Assembly (NCBI GenBank): GCA_026023565.1
Contig: JAPETS010000006.1
Coordinates: 434,001 to 498,000 of the forward strand
Length of the DNA: 64,000 bases
From: Cirrosporium novae-zelandiae
Lineage: Eukaryota
Direction of reading: 5' to 3'
Under the pieces are notes generated by a model, which was given only the letters and a program-made list of their open reading frames with translations, was not told where the DNA came from and did no database searches. The position numbers were made by a program, and so were the translations under genes. Shown here in pieces: positions 37,070-49,508 of this stretch; position 1 is the stretch's first letter, and the number at the start of each line of letters is the position of its first letter.

Positions 37070-40000
37070 ATGTATCAGGTGCGGCCTAACAGAGCCAGCA
37101 ACAATGTGGGAGCCTTGCATCATCATAACAGTTGGTCAGCTTCCAGTGAAAACATACCCCTGGAACAAAGACCAACTGGTACTACCTATATTAATTCATC
37201 TCCCCACGCCTATCCCATCCCTTCCGACCCTGATACACAAGACGAGGATGATGATCCCGATCCAGACTCGGATGCTGCATTTCTGAAAAGACACTTTCGG
37301 CATGACCACCTTGATCATGATACATCATATACTTTACATTCACAATCTCCTGGCATATTAGCCAAGATTATAAACATCATGTCCAAAGTTCCCCTTATTG
37401 GGAAACCCATCCCTTCTCAACGATACGGTTCCGTCGCCGATGTTCCTCCATCCTCCCTACACAGCCTCTCTGAATTTGGACACGATGGTAGAGACCTCGC
37501 GCAAAGAGATGGAAACACAATTGAATCTAACCTGGCCGGACCGTCTACATCGAATACCTCGATCCCTACATATACCTCGGGTTCCCGGCCCAACATCACT
37601 GATCCTCTCAAACGAATGACTGCCGGCGTGTCCATGCCAGCGGGAGATGGAGCAACACTATTTGATGGTGCTACTGCTGCATCGGCCGCGGATTCAGAGA
37701 TTGGAGAGGAGATGGATGAGGAAGGCCAAGATGGAGCGAGCAACAATGCAGCATCAGATGATCCGTGGGATAACTCGCCCTATGCGCAGGTTCGCGCCTC
37801 TGTTTCTGCCAAGGATAATTACACTCTTTCCATTTCGACTCCTAGAATGTGGATCCTATCCATTTGTTTTGCCTTTCTTGGTTCAGCAACCAACCTCTTT
37901 TTCTCCTTGCGATATCCCAGTGTTACCATTACCCCTGTCATTGCCCTAGTCTTGGTACATCCATTTGGAAAGCTCTGGGACTTTTTCTTAAAACGAGACG
38001 ATGACCCAGTAGAGGTATTTACCGCAGGCGTGTTGGATCGCCGCGCCGCGCCTGTGACACTTCAAAAACATCAAGGCCGATGGAGTAGAATTAGATTATG
38101 GCTCGCGCAAGGAAAATGGAATGAAAAAGAGCATGCTTGCGTATACATCAGCAGCAATGTCTCGTTTGGATTCGCATTTGCAACAGATGTGAGGATCATA
38201 TTCCTCAAAATGATGCGATTGCTAATATAGTCCAGGTCATCGTAGAGCAACACAAGTTTTACAAGCAGGATGTCCCGATTCTATATCAGGTCCTGTTGAC
38301 CCTTTCCACCCAAATACTTGGATACGCATTCGCTGGGCTTACGCGACGTTATCTGGTCAGACCATCTGCAATGATCTGGCCTGGTAATTTGATGTCTACA
38401 GCTATGTTCAGCACAATGCATAAAAAAGACAATAAAATTGCCAATGGCTGGAAGATCTCGAGGTATTCTTTCTTTCTGGTAGTCTGGGCAGCTGCCTTTA
38501 TGTGGTATTTTGTGCCTGGCCTCCTCATGCCGGCGTTGAGTTATTTCAACGTAATCACGTGGTTTGCCCCGAAGAACGTGGTCGTCGCTAATTTGTTTGG
38601 CGTTGCCTCGGGTCTGGGTTTATTTCCGATGACTTTTGATTGGGCCCAAATAGCCTACATCGGGTCTCCTCTTCTTACCCCATGGTGGGCGGCGGCCAAT
38701 GTTGTTGGTGGCCTGGTCGTTATAATGTGGCTTGTTGCGCCCCTCCTGTACTACATGAATGTTTTCTACTCGTCCTTTATGCCAATCCTTTCATCCTCGG
38801 TCTTTGACGACACAGGGAAAGTCTACAATGTCAGCCGGATACTGACCAAAGACTTCTTGTTCGACCAGGATTCCTATAACAACTACAGTCGGGTATACCT
38901 TCCAATTACTTATGTGCTGTCATATGCCGTTCAGTTTGCTGGTCTCGCCGCACTGGTTAGCCATACCGCTTGTTGGAACGGCAAGGAACTCTGGCAGACG
39001 ACGAAAGAGACATTCAAAAAGGAGCCGGAAACTGTCAAGATAGAGTATAGTCGACTGGACGATCATGAACCTCTTAGCAGTGGTAACAACAAGAGCAACA
39101 GCCATAGACTCCAGGAACGGGGAATGGCGAATCTCATGAGCGGGGAAGACGTGCATAATCGTCTCATGAAAAGATATGAGGATGCTCCGATGACATGGTA
39201 TCTGATCACATTTGTTTCCATGCTGGCTGTCGGGTTGTTCGTCGTCGAATATTATCCCATCCACTTACCTTGGTATGGGCTACTTCTTGCTATTGGCATT
39301 ACCTGCGTGCTCTTCATCCCTGTTGGTATTGTCATGGCCATCACCAATCAGCATTGCAGCCTGTATCTTATGTGTCAAATTATCTGTGGCTTTGTCTTCC
39401 CTGGACGTCCGGTCGCAAACATGGTATTCGTCACATATTGCTACATCAGTTCGGCTCAAGGGGTTAAGTTTGCTTCTGACCTCAAACTTGGTCACTATAT
39501 GAAAATTCCACCTCGTCTTCTCTTTTATGTTCAACTGGTGGCAACGCTCGTCTCTAGTCTTACCCAGATTGGTGTTTTGAACTGGATGTTTCTGAATATT
39601 CCAGGTATCTGCACTTCCGAGGCCATCAACGGCTTCATCTGTCCTCTAGCGCGAGTTCATTTCAATGGGAGCATTCTTTGGGGAGTGATTGGTCCCCAGA
39701 AATTCTTTGGGAAGAATGCATTATATAGACATCTGATGTGGGCATTTCTTGTTGGTGCCGTTGCCCCTGTGGTTATATGGGTGATTGCAAAGCGAAGCAA
39801 GAGGCGTTTAGATTTGATTAATTTGCCAGTGGCCTTTGGAAGTCTATCTTGGATACCACCGGCCGTAAGTATACACGCCCAATCTCGAAGTGATGACACT
39901 AATAGGGACCTAGACTGGCCTCAACTTTTCGATTTGGGCCATCATTTGCTTTTTATTCAATTTTGTTCTCCGTCGACGTGCAGCCGGTTGGTGGAGTAAA

Positions 40001-40273
40001 TATACAATGACATTGTCTGCAGCATTAGATTCGGGGTTGGCATTTGGGGTGTTGGTGGTGTTTTTTGGTTTTCTATACCCGGGATGGATGAAAGGATTTT
40101 CATGGTGGGGAACGGAGGTTTACAAGCAGGTATGTGTTTTGGCAGCTTTCTTTGCCCTGTTGCTACTACCGATGAAGATGGTTGCTAACTGTGTGACGCA
40201 AAAGGGATGCGATTGGCAAGCATGTGCATATAAGGAACTTGCTCCTGGAGAGCATTTTGGACCCAGGCCATAA
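37070..40273 (+). CDS. OPT-family oligopeptide transporter (Isp4/Opt-like)
   Basis: Motifs DNSPYAQVRASV, STPRMW, WNEKEH, LVRPSAMIWP, FDWAQIAY, PGRPVANM, SDLKLGHYMKIPPR, WGVIGP, LSAALDSG and WWGT. Introns 38189-38235, 39865-39913 and 40130-40204. First ATG at 37070. Confidence 0.95.
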
Positions 40274-40944
40274 GGAGTTTTTTTTTTGTTTTTTTTTTTG
40301 GCGTTTTCAAATGGTTTTTATGATTCTGATGTGTTTTGGATTGATAAGATATTTTTCTCTTTTTGATAGAGATCGGTTGATTAGACGAGATAGATGATGA
40401 TTCCCACCAAATGCATGCCAGATGAGATGGCTTTTTATGTCTTCATCTTCTCTATCATATTAGTAGGTATTTGGTAGAGTTGGATGAGTGGGCCGGTAGG
40501 GAGGGTAGGGTGTGAGTAGTGTTGTGAGTTGTGCAGTTGTGAGCTAGACTGAGACCGACTGGATCGACCACACCAACCCCCTCTTAATGAATCTATTTTG
40601 TTTCCACATCCAGTCTAATCCTTTAATTAACTAATCCTTTAATATTTCATTTAGACTAAGCGATACCTACTGCGATTCGAAAATATATCTAATTATAGCA
40701 ACTCTTATTAATAGGCTAATGTTATAAAAAAATTCTTTTCCTTGTGATATAATTTCTATAATTGGTATACATATAGATTCTTGGATTCTGGGGGGTTTGG
40801 ATTAAATTAATATGTATGTCTACAGTATGTCTATGCCTGGCTTGGCATAGATATCTAGATGGCTGGAGTGATTGATGGTTAAAAAAGATTAATTGCTAGC
40901 TACAGTAGCGAGCAATTTTATTCAATATACAGAAATAAGAAAGG

Positions 40945-40945
<1 letters not shown>

Positions 40946-40973
<28 letters not shown>
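40946..40973. repeat. (AGCA)n microsatellite, about 7 units
   Basis: aagcaagcaagcaagcaagcaagcaagc read directly. Confidence 0.85.
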
Positions 40974-40975
<2 letters not shown>

Positions 40976-41579
40976 TTCCGGCTTCCAAACTTCTCCCTCC
41001 CTCTCTTTCCCTTCCCATTACCTCACCAATTAGCCCGTGACCTAACTCATAAACTCCAAACTCCAAGATCCCCTCATTCCCCATTCCCATCTCAAAAACA
41101 AACAAACGAAACAAAATCCATTTATTCATCAAAGCTACATCCAACCCAGAAATAAAAACCCCCTAAAAAATTATTTAATGGAATAAACGAAAAAATTAAA
41201 TTAAGGTAAAATTAAGGTAGAATGAAAGTCATAACTCATAACTCGTAAGGCATAAGGCATATCTGATGTCTGATATTAGTAGGGATTGGGGGGCATATCT
41301 TTGGAGCTTTTTTTGGAGAGAGGGAGGGGTTGGTTGGGGAGGAGGAGGGAGGTGTGATATGAAAGTTATGAAAGTTGGTGAAGTTATGTGGATGGGGGGT
41401 TTTTTTGATAATCGTAAGGGACATTTGAATTTTTTATCAGGCAAGTTCAGTTAAGAAGGAGCAATACGGATGCTTTGAATGTTGGAGGGGGGGATGTATG
41501 GGATAAAGGATAAAGCAATTATGCTCTCTTTTCTCCATTTCTCCGCCCTCTAGTTCTCAGGCCCCTTTTCTTATCCCAT

Positions 41580-43946
41580 CTAATATTCTACCACCTGCAT
41601 AAGATTCTTCTCCCCGGGAATAGTGAAACCGGGTTGCATATCCAGCGCGTCGAAGAATTCATCTTGATGGTGGACCGCCTTCATAGGGCAATAGTAGTGA
41701 GAAGAAGAGGAAGAAGAAGAAGAAGAAGGTGAAGAAGGTGGAGAAGGGTTCCGCTTGATGTCAAGGCACTTGTGTTTATTTGTTTCTTGTTGCTGGTGCT
41801 GGTATTGTTGTTTTATATTTTCCAGCATTTTTTGAAATAGGGATATTTCGTTTTCGTTACAGGGGTATTCTCGACTTTTGAGAATCGTGTCTGGTGTGAT
41901 GCCCTCCACATTCTTTGCATCAATGTCCAACTTCAGCCCTGCATTAGTTAGGATCTCGGAAGTTTTCGCACCCCCAAACTTTGCCGCGATATGCAAAATT
42001 GATTCGCCAGCTTTGTTTGTTGCGGTGGCATCAGCATTGAATTCGAACAGGATCCGTAGGGATTGATGGGAGTTGCTCTTGACGGCCTCCATTAAGGGCG
42101 TCGCTCCCGACTTGGTCCTGCTGTTGATGTCAGCACCCTTGTCTAAGAGATGTTGCACCACGGTGGCACGGTTGCGTTCCGCAGCGAAGTGCAGGGCCGT
42201 CCATCCCGTGCTTGATTGTGAGTTGAGGTCCGCGCTGGCATCGAGAAGGATGCTGATTAGTTTTGGTGTATCTTGTTTTTGCTTGGCGGCTTGCATGAGG
42301 GGCGTGCGGCCCAAATTGTCTTTGAAATTGATTTTAGAGGTTGATGTTGCAAGGGATTTTACTGTAGTAAGGAGGTTTGTGGGGTCTGCATCGCGGCCGC
42401 CGCAGGCATAGTGCAGAGGGGTACAGCCAGATGGGCCTGGGATGTCCGGGTTTGCTCCGAATTTCAGGAGCGTTTGGACGGCCGAGGCGTTGTGCTGGTG
42501 CGCGGCCCATGAGAGAGCAGTTCGGTGGTTCGAGTCGACGTCATCAATTTGCGATGTCGTTTCCTGGAGTTCGTCTGTCAGGGATTTGAGGGAGAGGCCG
42601 CAGACGATCTTGTGTAGGCGTGTGAAGTGTCTTTTCTCGAGGTGCTCGGGATCTGTTAGGGAGGCGAGAAGCCAGTTTGTGAATGAGGGTGTACGCCGTT
42701 TCCCGAGGACAATTCCCCAGGCTTTGTCAACAGCGGAATCTCCAAAATTGTTAACGGCGTAGGGATCTGTGCCACCGATGGCAAGGAGAAATTTGCAGAC
42801 GTCATTGGAGTCACGTCGGAGGGCATGTTGGAGGAGCGTGTAGCCTGTCATACTATCGGTATCCATGGGCGAAGCGAGACCTTGGTCGAAAAGGGCTTTG
42901 ATTCCTTCGATATTACCATTGAAGCAATACGTAAAGATTTTGGCGTCGCTGGGGACCATTCTTGGGACTTTCAGACTCATGGAATAATCACTCCCCATGG
43001 AAGAGCATTTGGCCAAAGCAACAGAGAGTCCACGTTGCACAACAAACCAGTATGGGAAGAAATATGATACCTGGAAGCCACTTGCCGAACGATGGCGACA
43101 GCGTTGCTCGTTGCACTTTTTGGAGGTGAACGGGTGTCCCGAATATCCAATGAATAGGGATCCTAGAAATCTATTGGCTGTTCTGAATTCTGTTCGCTGA
43201 TGACATATGCAGCTGCATATGCCGGGGCAGGCTTGTTTTGATTGTTTAAAAGCCCGAAGCATAATAGGGGTCTCAACTTGAGGTTGCTCTTCATAGCCAG
43301 GCCCAGACAGCGCCAGGCCTGAAACGGCGAGATTTTGAACAGCTGTCTTGGGTTCTTGGGAAAGAGAATTGAGAATTTTACGGGTAAAGATGTTAGTTTC
43401 GTTATAAAGGTGGCGAAACTCGGCGATATCAAGGCGAATCTGGGTGACCGTGGATCTGGAGAGTACAATCGAAGTTAATTGGCAGTACTAAGTCCCGAAT
43501 ATGCTGTCAATTGGAGAGAGTCCAAGAGGAGTCCAGACTTACAAGCTCCGTGCACTTAGCATACTAATAATGTCCAGTCTGATGTCTCTCAAATTACTCC
43601 GAAAGTCTTTAACCTTGGACTTCTCTTTTACCCATATCACTCGGTTGACAAATAATATTTCTTCACCATTTCCTCTAGTCAATTTTTTGATAAAGTAATT
43701 TAGCTTGTCCATGACCTCAAGGCCTCGATCGAAGACGTTCGGCCCGGAGGTGACTGACATGTACATTCCATCTTCATATGCAGACTTGGCATCTTGAATC
43801 ACCATGTTGATATCGGTAACCTCGTTTGAGAGAGCCATCAACTCGGCCGGTGCATCGCGAATGGTAATGACAACCTTGTGGATTGTATTGGTTACGGTTA
43901 TTGCGGCCCCAGCAAGGGCAAACAAGGTCGCAGCGCATTCTGCCAT
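41580..43946 (-). CDS. Ankyrin-repeat protein with N-terminal HeLo-like / fungal STAND N-terminal helical domain and a Cys-rich linker
   Basis: Exon 1 43946-43543 reads MAECAATLFALAGAAITVTNTIHKVVITIRDAPAELMALSNEV. Intron 43542-43456 (GTAAGT...TTAAC...CAG). Exon 2 runs in frame into ORF 41580..43262 with CSCICH...GSLFIGYSG..C..C and ankyrin repeats (GYTLLQHA, RTALSWAA, GCTPLHYA, GRTPLMQA, GWTALHFA, GATPLMEA, GESILHIA). Confidence 0.85.
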
Positions 43947-45508
43947 TGTGAAAACGAGCGACTGACCAGAAGACCACCAGGGAGAAAATGAGACGATGAG
44001 CCTTGGGGGGCGTGTTATAACTACATTGTAGGTAAGGCAGAATATAACGCCACTGTGAGTTGGCTCTTTGCATAAGCAAGCAGGGATAAGACAAGGCTGA
44101 AGGGAGTTGAAATTAAGTGCATAAGGCTATGCAATTACTAATTACCTACCCAGGTAGGTATTCAATTATAAAATAAAATACCTGTACTCGATACAGTATA
44201 ATTACCAGCATTTTCATTATTACCTGCATATTGTGCATACTAGTGGAAGGTTTATACAAAATATCCATTATGCTCTATCATCCTGCTCCCCAAGGCAGAT
44301 ACTATGTCTGTTGTTCCCCGAACGACCAGCATAGAATATATTGTTTGGTGATTATATAATTGTCATTTAGATTTTTAATCCTATAAATCCTAAGGTCCTT
44401 GACATGATGGAAAGAAGGTCAGTTGCTATCATTGCCAAACCATGTGCTTTTCAAAGAGTGCTTATAAAAGAGCGTCCTGTCTGCCACATCACTTGCATTC
44501 CTAATTACCAGAAGCATTTCAATTGCAGCTTTGTTTGCTACCTTATATTGTTTTAATATTAGCCTTCTACTGTCGCCGAATTGCCTCCACTACAACCGTT
44601 CAGCCCAACCAACTATTTCCACAATGTACATGTCCTGTCATAATCGTTACTTCTGGGAAAGACCAAGCTCCATCAACAGGAGAGCTGAGATAAATGATCC
44701 TAGGTGATCCAACAAAACTACCACCATGTTCGGAACGGATCCAGAAAATCTTTGGGGGACTATGTGCCATACATTTCGGCCAAGGTGCCGTGTTGATCGA
44801 CTTGAAGGGTACTGGTATCTTTATCTATGCCATACAGAGCGGCGGTACACCACAGGACAAAAAGATCCGAAGTCTGTTGAATAGAGGACGTTGTGGGAAG
44901 GAGCTAGCCAAAGCTCTACCCCGACCTGTCTTGTCAATCACCAACCACCTTAGTCATAATAAAACCAATCAAATATTTCGATTATGAACGAACTTTGAAA
45001 CAAGCACTTTCTATGTTAATCGTGAGAACTTTGCCAAGGTTCTCGTGGAAGAAGGTCTTGCCCAAAGTACACGAATATTCAGCGGAACAATCAGGGAACG
45101 CAACTGAGCCATTTGCAGCTGAGCAGAAAGCCAAAGATTCTAGGATGCAATCCTATTTCAAACCACACTCTTTTCAGCAATCCATCTATCTCCAAGTACA
45201 CTACACCTAGAGGTCCTCTCGATGTGAATCACGTTGATTTCTTCGTCCCAAACATGTGGCAGACAACAGACTACGATGCTCGAGGAGAGGGGTCTTTGGA
45301 AGTCTAGGATTCCGATACGCACGGCGGTACTGCAAAATCTGTTAGAACTTTAACAATTCCATTTCCTGTTATGGCATATCCATTCATCAACCTCCTTACT
45401 TCTTCCTCTATCTTATATATTTATTTAGGTAGCATAGCATAAAATAGCAAAACTACCTATATATCCACAACAAAGCTAAACAAAAAGCTCCAACACCCTA
45501 GAACATCC

Positions 45509-48500
45509 TTAAAACCCAGGCTTCTTCCTAATCTCTCCCCGCCTCAAAGCCTCACTCACCACCTCCCTCTCCACCATCCCAATCCACCTCCCAGCACTCC
45601 CAGAGTCCCTATCCCTCCTCCCCACCACCACGGTCGCATTCTCGTCCCCCTCCTTCCCAAGCAACCCCCACTCCGCAACCGTAGCCCCCTTCCCTTCCTC
45701 ATCCCCGCTCAAATTCCCCTCGATAACAAGCGTCGCCCACCTCCCACTCCAAACCTCAGCCCCATCTGCAGAAAATGTGATATTCGTGGTATTACTCTCG
45801 TAGGGTGCCACGACGGCAATGGTGAGCGCGTTGTAGGGGTTTGAGATGGTGACGTTTTGGGACGCTAGTAGTGTGGTTGAGGTTGTGGAGATGGATGAAG
45901 GAGGGGAAGAGGAATTGGAAACGTAAACGGAAAAGGAGGACGGGGGGGCTTGGGCCCAGTCGAAGTAGAGACCCGAAAGCGGCTGGAAGGGGATGCTGCG
46001 GGTATCGATTGTGAGAGATGAAGAGGTGTTTGCGAGGGTGGGCTGCCATTTTGTGGTTCCAGAGCCGTCGATGGCGGCCAGTGGGAATTGGCCGGGGATG
46101 TAGGTGTCGGCGGTGTTGGCGGTGGTGTCTGTGTTGGAGTCGAGCGGGGTCGAGGTGGAGGCGATGGGGAGGCATTGGAGGAGGTTGTTTGGGATTGTGA
46201 GGATTGTTGGGGCTGGGTTGTTGGGGAGTGTGAGGGTTGAATTTGGGTGGAGGAAGAGGTTTGCGGTTGTCGGGGCGAGGGAGAGTTGGATTTCGATGGG
46301 GGCTGTGACGAAGGTTTCGTTGGCGGTGGTGAGGGGTAGGGTGGAGGTCGATGGGGGCCGGGTGAGCGTGGTGTGGGTTTGGTTAGCATATGCTGAAATT
46401 GGCCAACCTTGCCAGTAGAAGGTGCGGTATTGGATTTGGGGGATCTGCGGTGGGAGGCTGGGGTCCACCACCATGGTGAAGGAGGGTTCGATTCGCAGGC
46501 CTAGGTAGCCGAACAGGGCCACCTGGAGGGAGCCGCCATGACCCGTGAGGAAGGGGTATGCCGGGTGTGTTCCGCCGTTTAGCTCGTAGTCGTCGATCAG
46601 TTGTTCCGAGAACTGGAACCACGGGCCGCGCGTGTAGGGCTGCGAGCTGTAGAGATCGTACGTGTATGCGGCGCAACCTGACGCGGCGATTTCGGATTCG
46701 GCAATCGAGAAGATTGCATATGTCATTGCTGGTCCGTCGGAGCTCTGCTTTCCGGCGTAGTATTCCAGATCGCTTCGCGCATCTGAGGTTGTGTAGTTTG
46801 CTGTATGAGCGAGGGGGTATATATCTAGGATCACATCTGCCTGTTTTACTGTAATCGAGTTGTTTGCTGAGGTGTATTCGTATATTATATTTGCGGCTTC
46901 GTTCTTCTCGATCAGCACATTGTTGGCTTGGGATTCCCAGGTCGTATTCGTTGGAAGCCCAAGGAACCCGGCGAAGGCGTTGGCGTCTTCCAAGGTATCT
47001 GCGATCAGGGGCATTGTATAGCCACCATTGTCTACATGATTTGCATATTCGTCTGGGTCTGTCATGTTAGTAAGAGACCATTTATCGACCGTCTCGTTGT
47101 ACTGCAACAACTCCGAGTAGAATGTTGCGATGGAACTGTGAATGGGGAAGAGCTTCTCTTCAAAGAAAGTTGTATCGCCGGTGATTGCCCAGTAATTTCC
47201 AAATTCCATGACTATGTCACCATTGATGTGATATTCATAGTCGAAGCAAGGGCCTGTGCCCGTGCAATTTCCAAAACGGCCACTGGTCCAAGGGAAGGCT
47301 GCTGCATCGCTTGAGAAAGTTGTCGTATTCTTTGAAGATTGATATGATGTTTGTGCATTCACCAGAGCTTGGCCATATCTTTCAACACGATAGTTTGAAA
47401 TCTGCTTTGCTGCAAAGGGGAACGCAGCTACCAATCCCGGCTGCATCCAGATCTCTGCGTCCCAGAATATGAGACCAGCGTAGGAATCCGACGTCAGTCC
47501 TCCCACAGAAATACTATTGACATTGATGGGAGCTTCGTCGTAATGAGAGAAAGCATTCTCAGATATAGTGTTTTGGAGTAGGTAGTAGGAGTTAGTTATA
47601 GACGTAATTTGCAATTCAATGATATCGGGATCTGACGGGAGAGTGCCATTAGGGTAAGCGTAGGAGTCCACAGAAGTTGCAGGGAAGACACTGGCCCATT
47701 CGGCTATGTGGGAACCCAAGGATTGGTTAAGACCACGTCCCAGAGCTGATAAAGAAGCATCCTTTGCAACAGCCTGTGGATCTGAGAAGGCATCACTGGA
47801 TGCAATGCCGACAAATTTCGTGATAGTGGAGGTAACACCTTGTTTGAGGGCTATCGGAGCAGACTGTGCTATGCTGGAGTCGTTGGTGCCGATATAGGGC
47901 TTTTCTGTTACTATAGTCGAGCTTGATACATCTAGTTCAGAGGTCCCAGACATTGTCGCATAAATAAAGCCTGTTACGTTGCTGATACCATTAGGCCTAA
48001 CAGAGCTATATATCGATTGCCCATCCGATCCTTTATCCGCAAATTGAGTCCGTACGGCGGATGTCCCGTCAATGACATTGACAATCGAACCATTGAAGTC
48101 TTTGGATGGAGTCACCTGGAGTTGAACCACGGCCTCGGTGACAAGTAACTTGTTGGCAAACATAGTGTACTCAATATCAAAGGAAGCCCCATTTGCGTCA
48201 GATGGGGTCCACGTATATTCCCAGTTCATAAGTCCTTTTTTCAGATCTAAAGTTGAGGAGAAGTTTGAAATCTCGCTAGCGTTCACCTCCGCGTCTAGGT
48301 ATATTCCGTTTCCTAAGTCCAAGATCAACGCACCCCAATGTGGCACTCCACTAATTACACTCTCTCCTCCATACTGGTTTAACCACTCAAAGTTTGTGCT
48401 ATTGGTTGTAGGCTGAGAGTCAAAGAATCCACTGATGGTTGCGAACGATATTCTTTCCTGGTATAACGGCCATCCATTGACATTATCCCCATTCACTGGG

Positions 48501-48814
48501 GTATCCGCTTCGAAGAAGGGTCCGACTGCCGCAACATTGATTCCGATGTAGCCATTTGCAATGGATATGCGAGATTGATAGTGACCTTGGTCAAGGGCAG
48601 TGGTGGAAAGGCGCCAATTTGTGTTGTCCCATGTAACATCAGAGAAACGAGTGGAATAAATATCGGCTAGAGAAGAGTCACGGCTGGTTAAGCTTCCCCG
48701 ACGTTGAAAGTCGAGGGAATCATGTTGTTCAGGGGTTGGATACGCAATGACATAAAGTGAAAAGTGAAGCAGCTCTATACAGGGAAGAAAAAACACGAAT
48801 GATTTCCTCAGCAT
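45509..48814 (-). CDS. ATH1: Acid trehalase, GH65 (Ath1/TreA-like), secreted or cell-wall
   Basis: Motifs YQSRISIANGYIG, SVGGLTSDSYAGLIFWDAE, CFDYEYHINGDI, NMTDPDEYANH, VKQADV, GPAMT, FQFSEQ and HPAYPFLTGHGG, plus a C-terminal F5/8C-like AAIDGSGTTKWQP. First ATG at 48814 followed by a hydrophobic leader. Confidence 0.94.
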   Translation of the reverse strand: MLRKSFVFFLPCIELLHFSLYVIAYPTPEQHDSLDFQRRGSLTSRDSSLADIYSTRFSDVTWDNTNWRLSTTALDQGHYQSRISIANGYIGINVAAVGPFFEADTPVNGDNVNGWPLYQERISFATISGFFDSQPTTNSTNFEWLNQYGGESVISGVPHWGALILDLGNGIYLDAEVNASEISNFSSTLDLKKGLMNWEYTWTPSDANGASFDIEYTMFANKLLVTEAVVQLQVTPSKDFNGSIVNVIDGTSAVRTQFADKGSDGQSIYSSVRPNGISNVTGFIYATMSGTSELDVSSSTIVTEKPYIGTNDSSIAQSAPIALKQGVTSTITKFVGIASSDAFSDPQAVAKDASLSALGRGLNQSLGSHIAEWASVFPATSVDSYAYPNGTLPSDPDIIELQITSITNSYYLLQNTISENAFSHYDEAPINVNSISVGGLTSDSYAGLIFWDAEIWMQPGLVAAFPFAAKQISNYRVERYGQALVNAQTSYQSSKNTTTFSSDAAAFPWTSGRFGNCTGTGPCFDYEYHINGDIVMEFGNYWAITGDTTFFEEKLFPIHSSIATFYSELLQYNETVDKWSLTNMTDPDEYANHVDNGGYTMPLIADTLEDANAFAGFLGLPTNTTWESQANNVLIEKNEAANIIYEYTSANNSITVKQADVILDIYPLAHTANYTTSDARSDLEYYAGKQSSDGPAMTYAIFSIAESEIAASGCAAYTYDLYSSQPYTRGPWFQFSEQLIDDYELNGGTHPAYPFLTGHGGSLQVALFGYLGLRIEPSFTMVVDPSLPPQIPQIQYRTFYWQGWPISAYANQTHTTLTRPPSTSTLPLTTANETFVTAPIEIQLSLAPTTANLFLHPNSTLTLPNNPAPTILTIPNNLLQCLPIASTSTPLDSNTDTTANTADTYIPGQFPLAAIDGSGTTKWQPTLANTSSSLTIDTRSIPFQPLSGLYFDWAQAPPSSFSVYVSNSSSPPSSISTTSTTLLASQNVTISNPYNALTIAVVAPYESNTTNITFSADGAEVWSGRWATLVIEGNLSGDEEGKGATVAEWGLLGKEGDENATVVVGRRDRDSGSAGRWIGMVEREVVSEALRRGEIRKKPGF

Positions 48815-49508
48815 AGCTACTACTACCTGGACTTGACTAACCTTAATCAAGATTGATTAAGTCCAATTGATTCGAAAAGCAGAAGCTAGTAGAAGCAAGA
48901 GAAAAAGACAGGGGAATAAGAAAGAGCATATTTTTTCCACAAGGCTGGAAGCCAAAGAGAACGGACTGAGATTATACTTAAATAGTTTTTGTACCATGGT
49001 ATGAATTATGGTATTGTAGTAGTAGGTATCATGTCATCCTGTGGTACCATGTAAAGGTCCGTTGGAGCGCTGGAGCTTTGGAGCTTTTTCGGCCGGGCCG
49101 TTGACGGGTACGGGATAAATAACCCCCAGACTTGGGGCTAAGAGGCTAAAAAGGAACGTGAAAGGATCAAAAGCGGGGAAGGTCTCTTGGTCCACCCATC
49201 GACACATCCTTGTTCTTTCAGCCACCGAACGAATTCCAAGTACTTGGTATCTCTGTTCCTGTCGATGCATCCCTAGGGACATGCCAACTAATTATCAAAT
49301 TAGATGGATAATTCTATCAAAGTGTCCCTTTTCCGCATCCGAATTCCGTATTTTCGTATTCGTAGTAATCATACGTTCGCGGGGTATCTCCAACCTATTT
49401 TATTCATAGCCACACACCGTGCTCCTGTTATACCATCCCACCCATTCCCTCTAAACGCCATTACCTCTGTTGGGTCGAGCACATGTTTCCCCCCAACAAG
49501 AATTATCT

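Noticed and set aside
44694..45307. Short ORFs with coding-like composition between the ankyrin and trehalase genes
   Set aside because: They could be a gene relic, but I could not build a coherent frame or recognise a family.
45792..46418. Pro-rich and Arg/His-rich overlapping ORFs
   Set aside because: Alternative frames of the C-rich part of the trehalase CDS.
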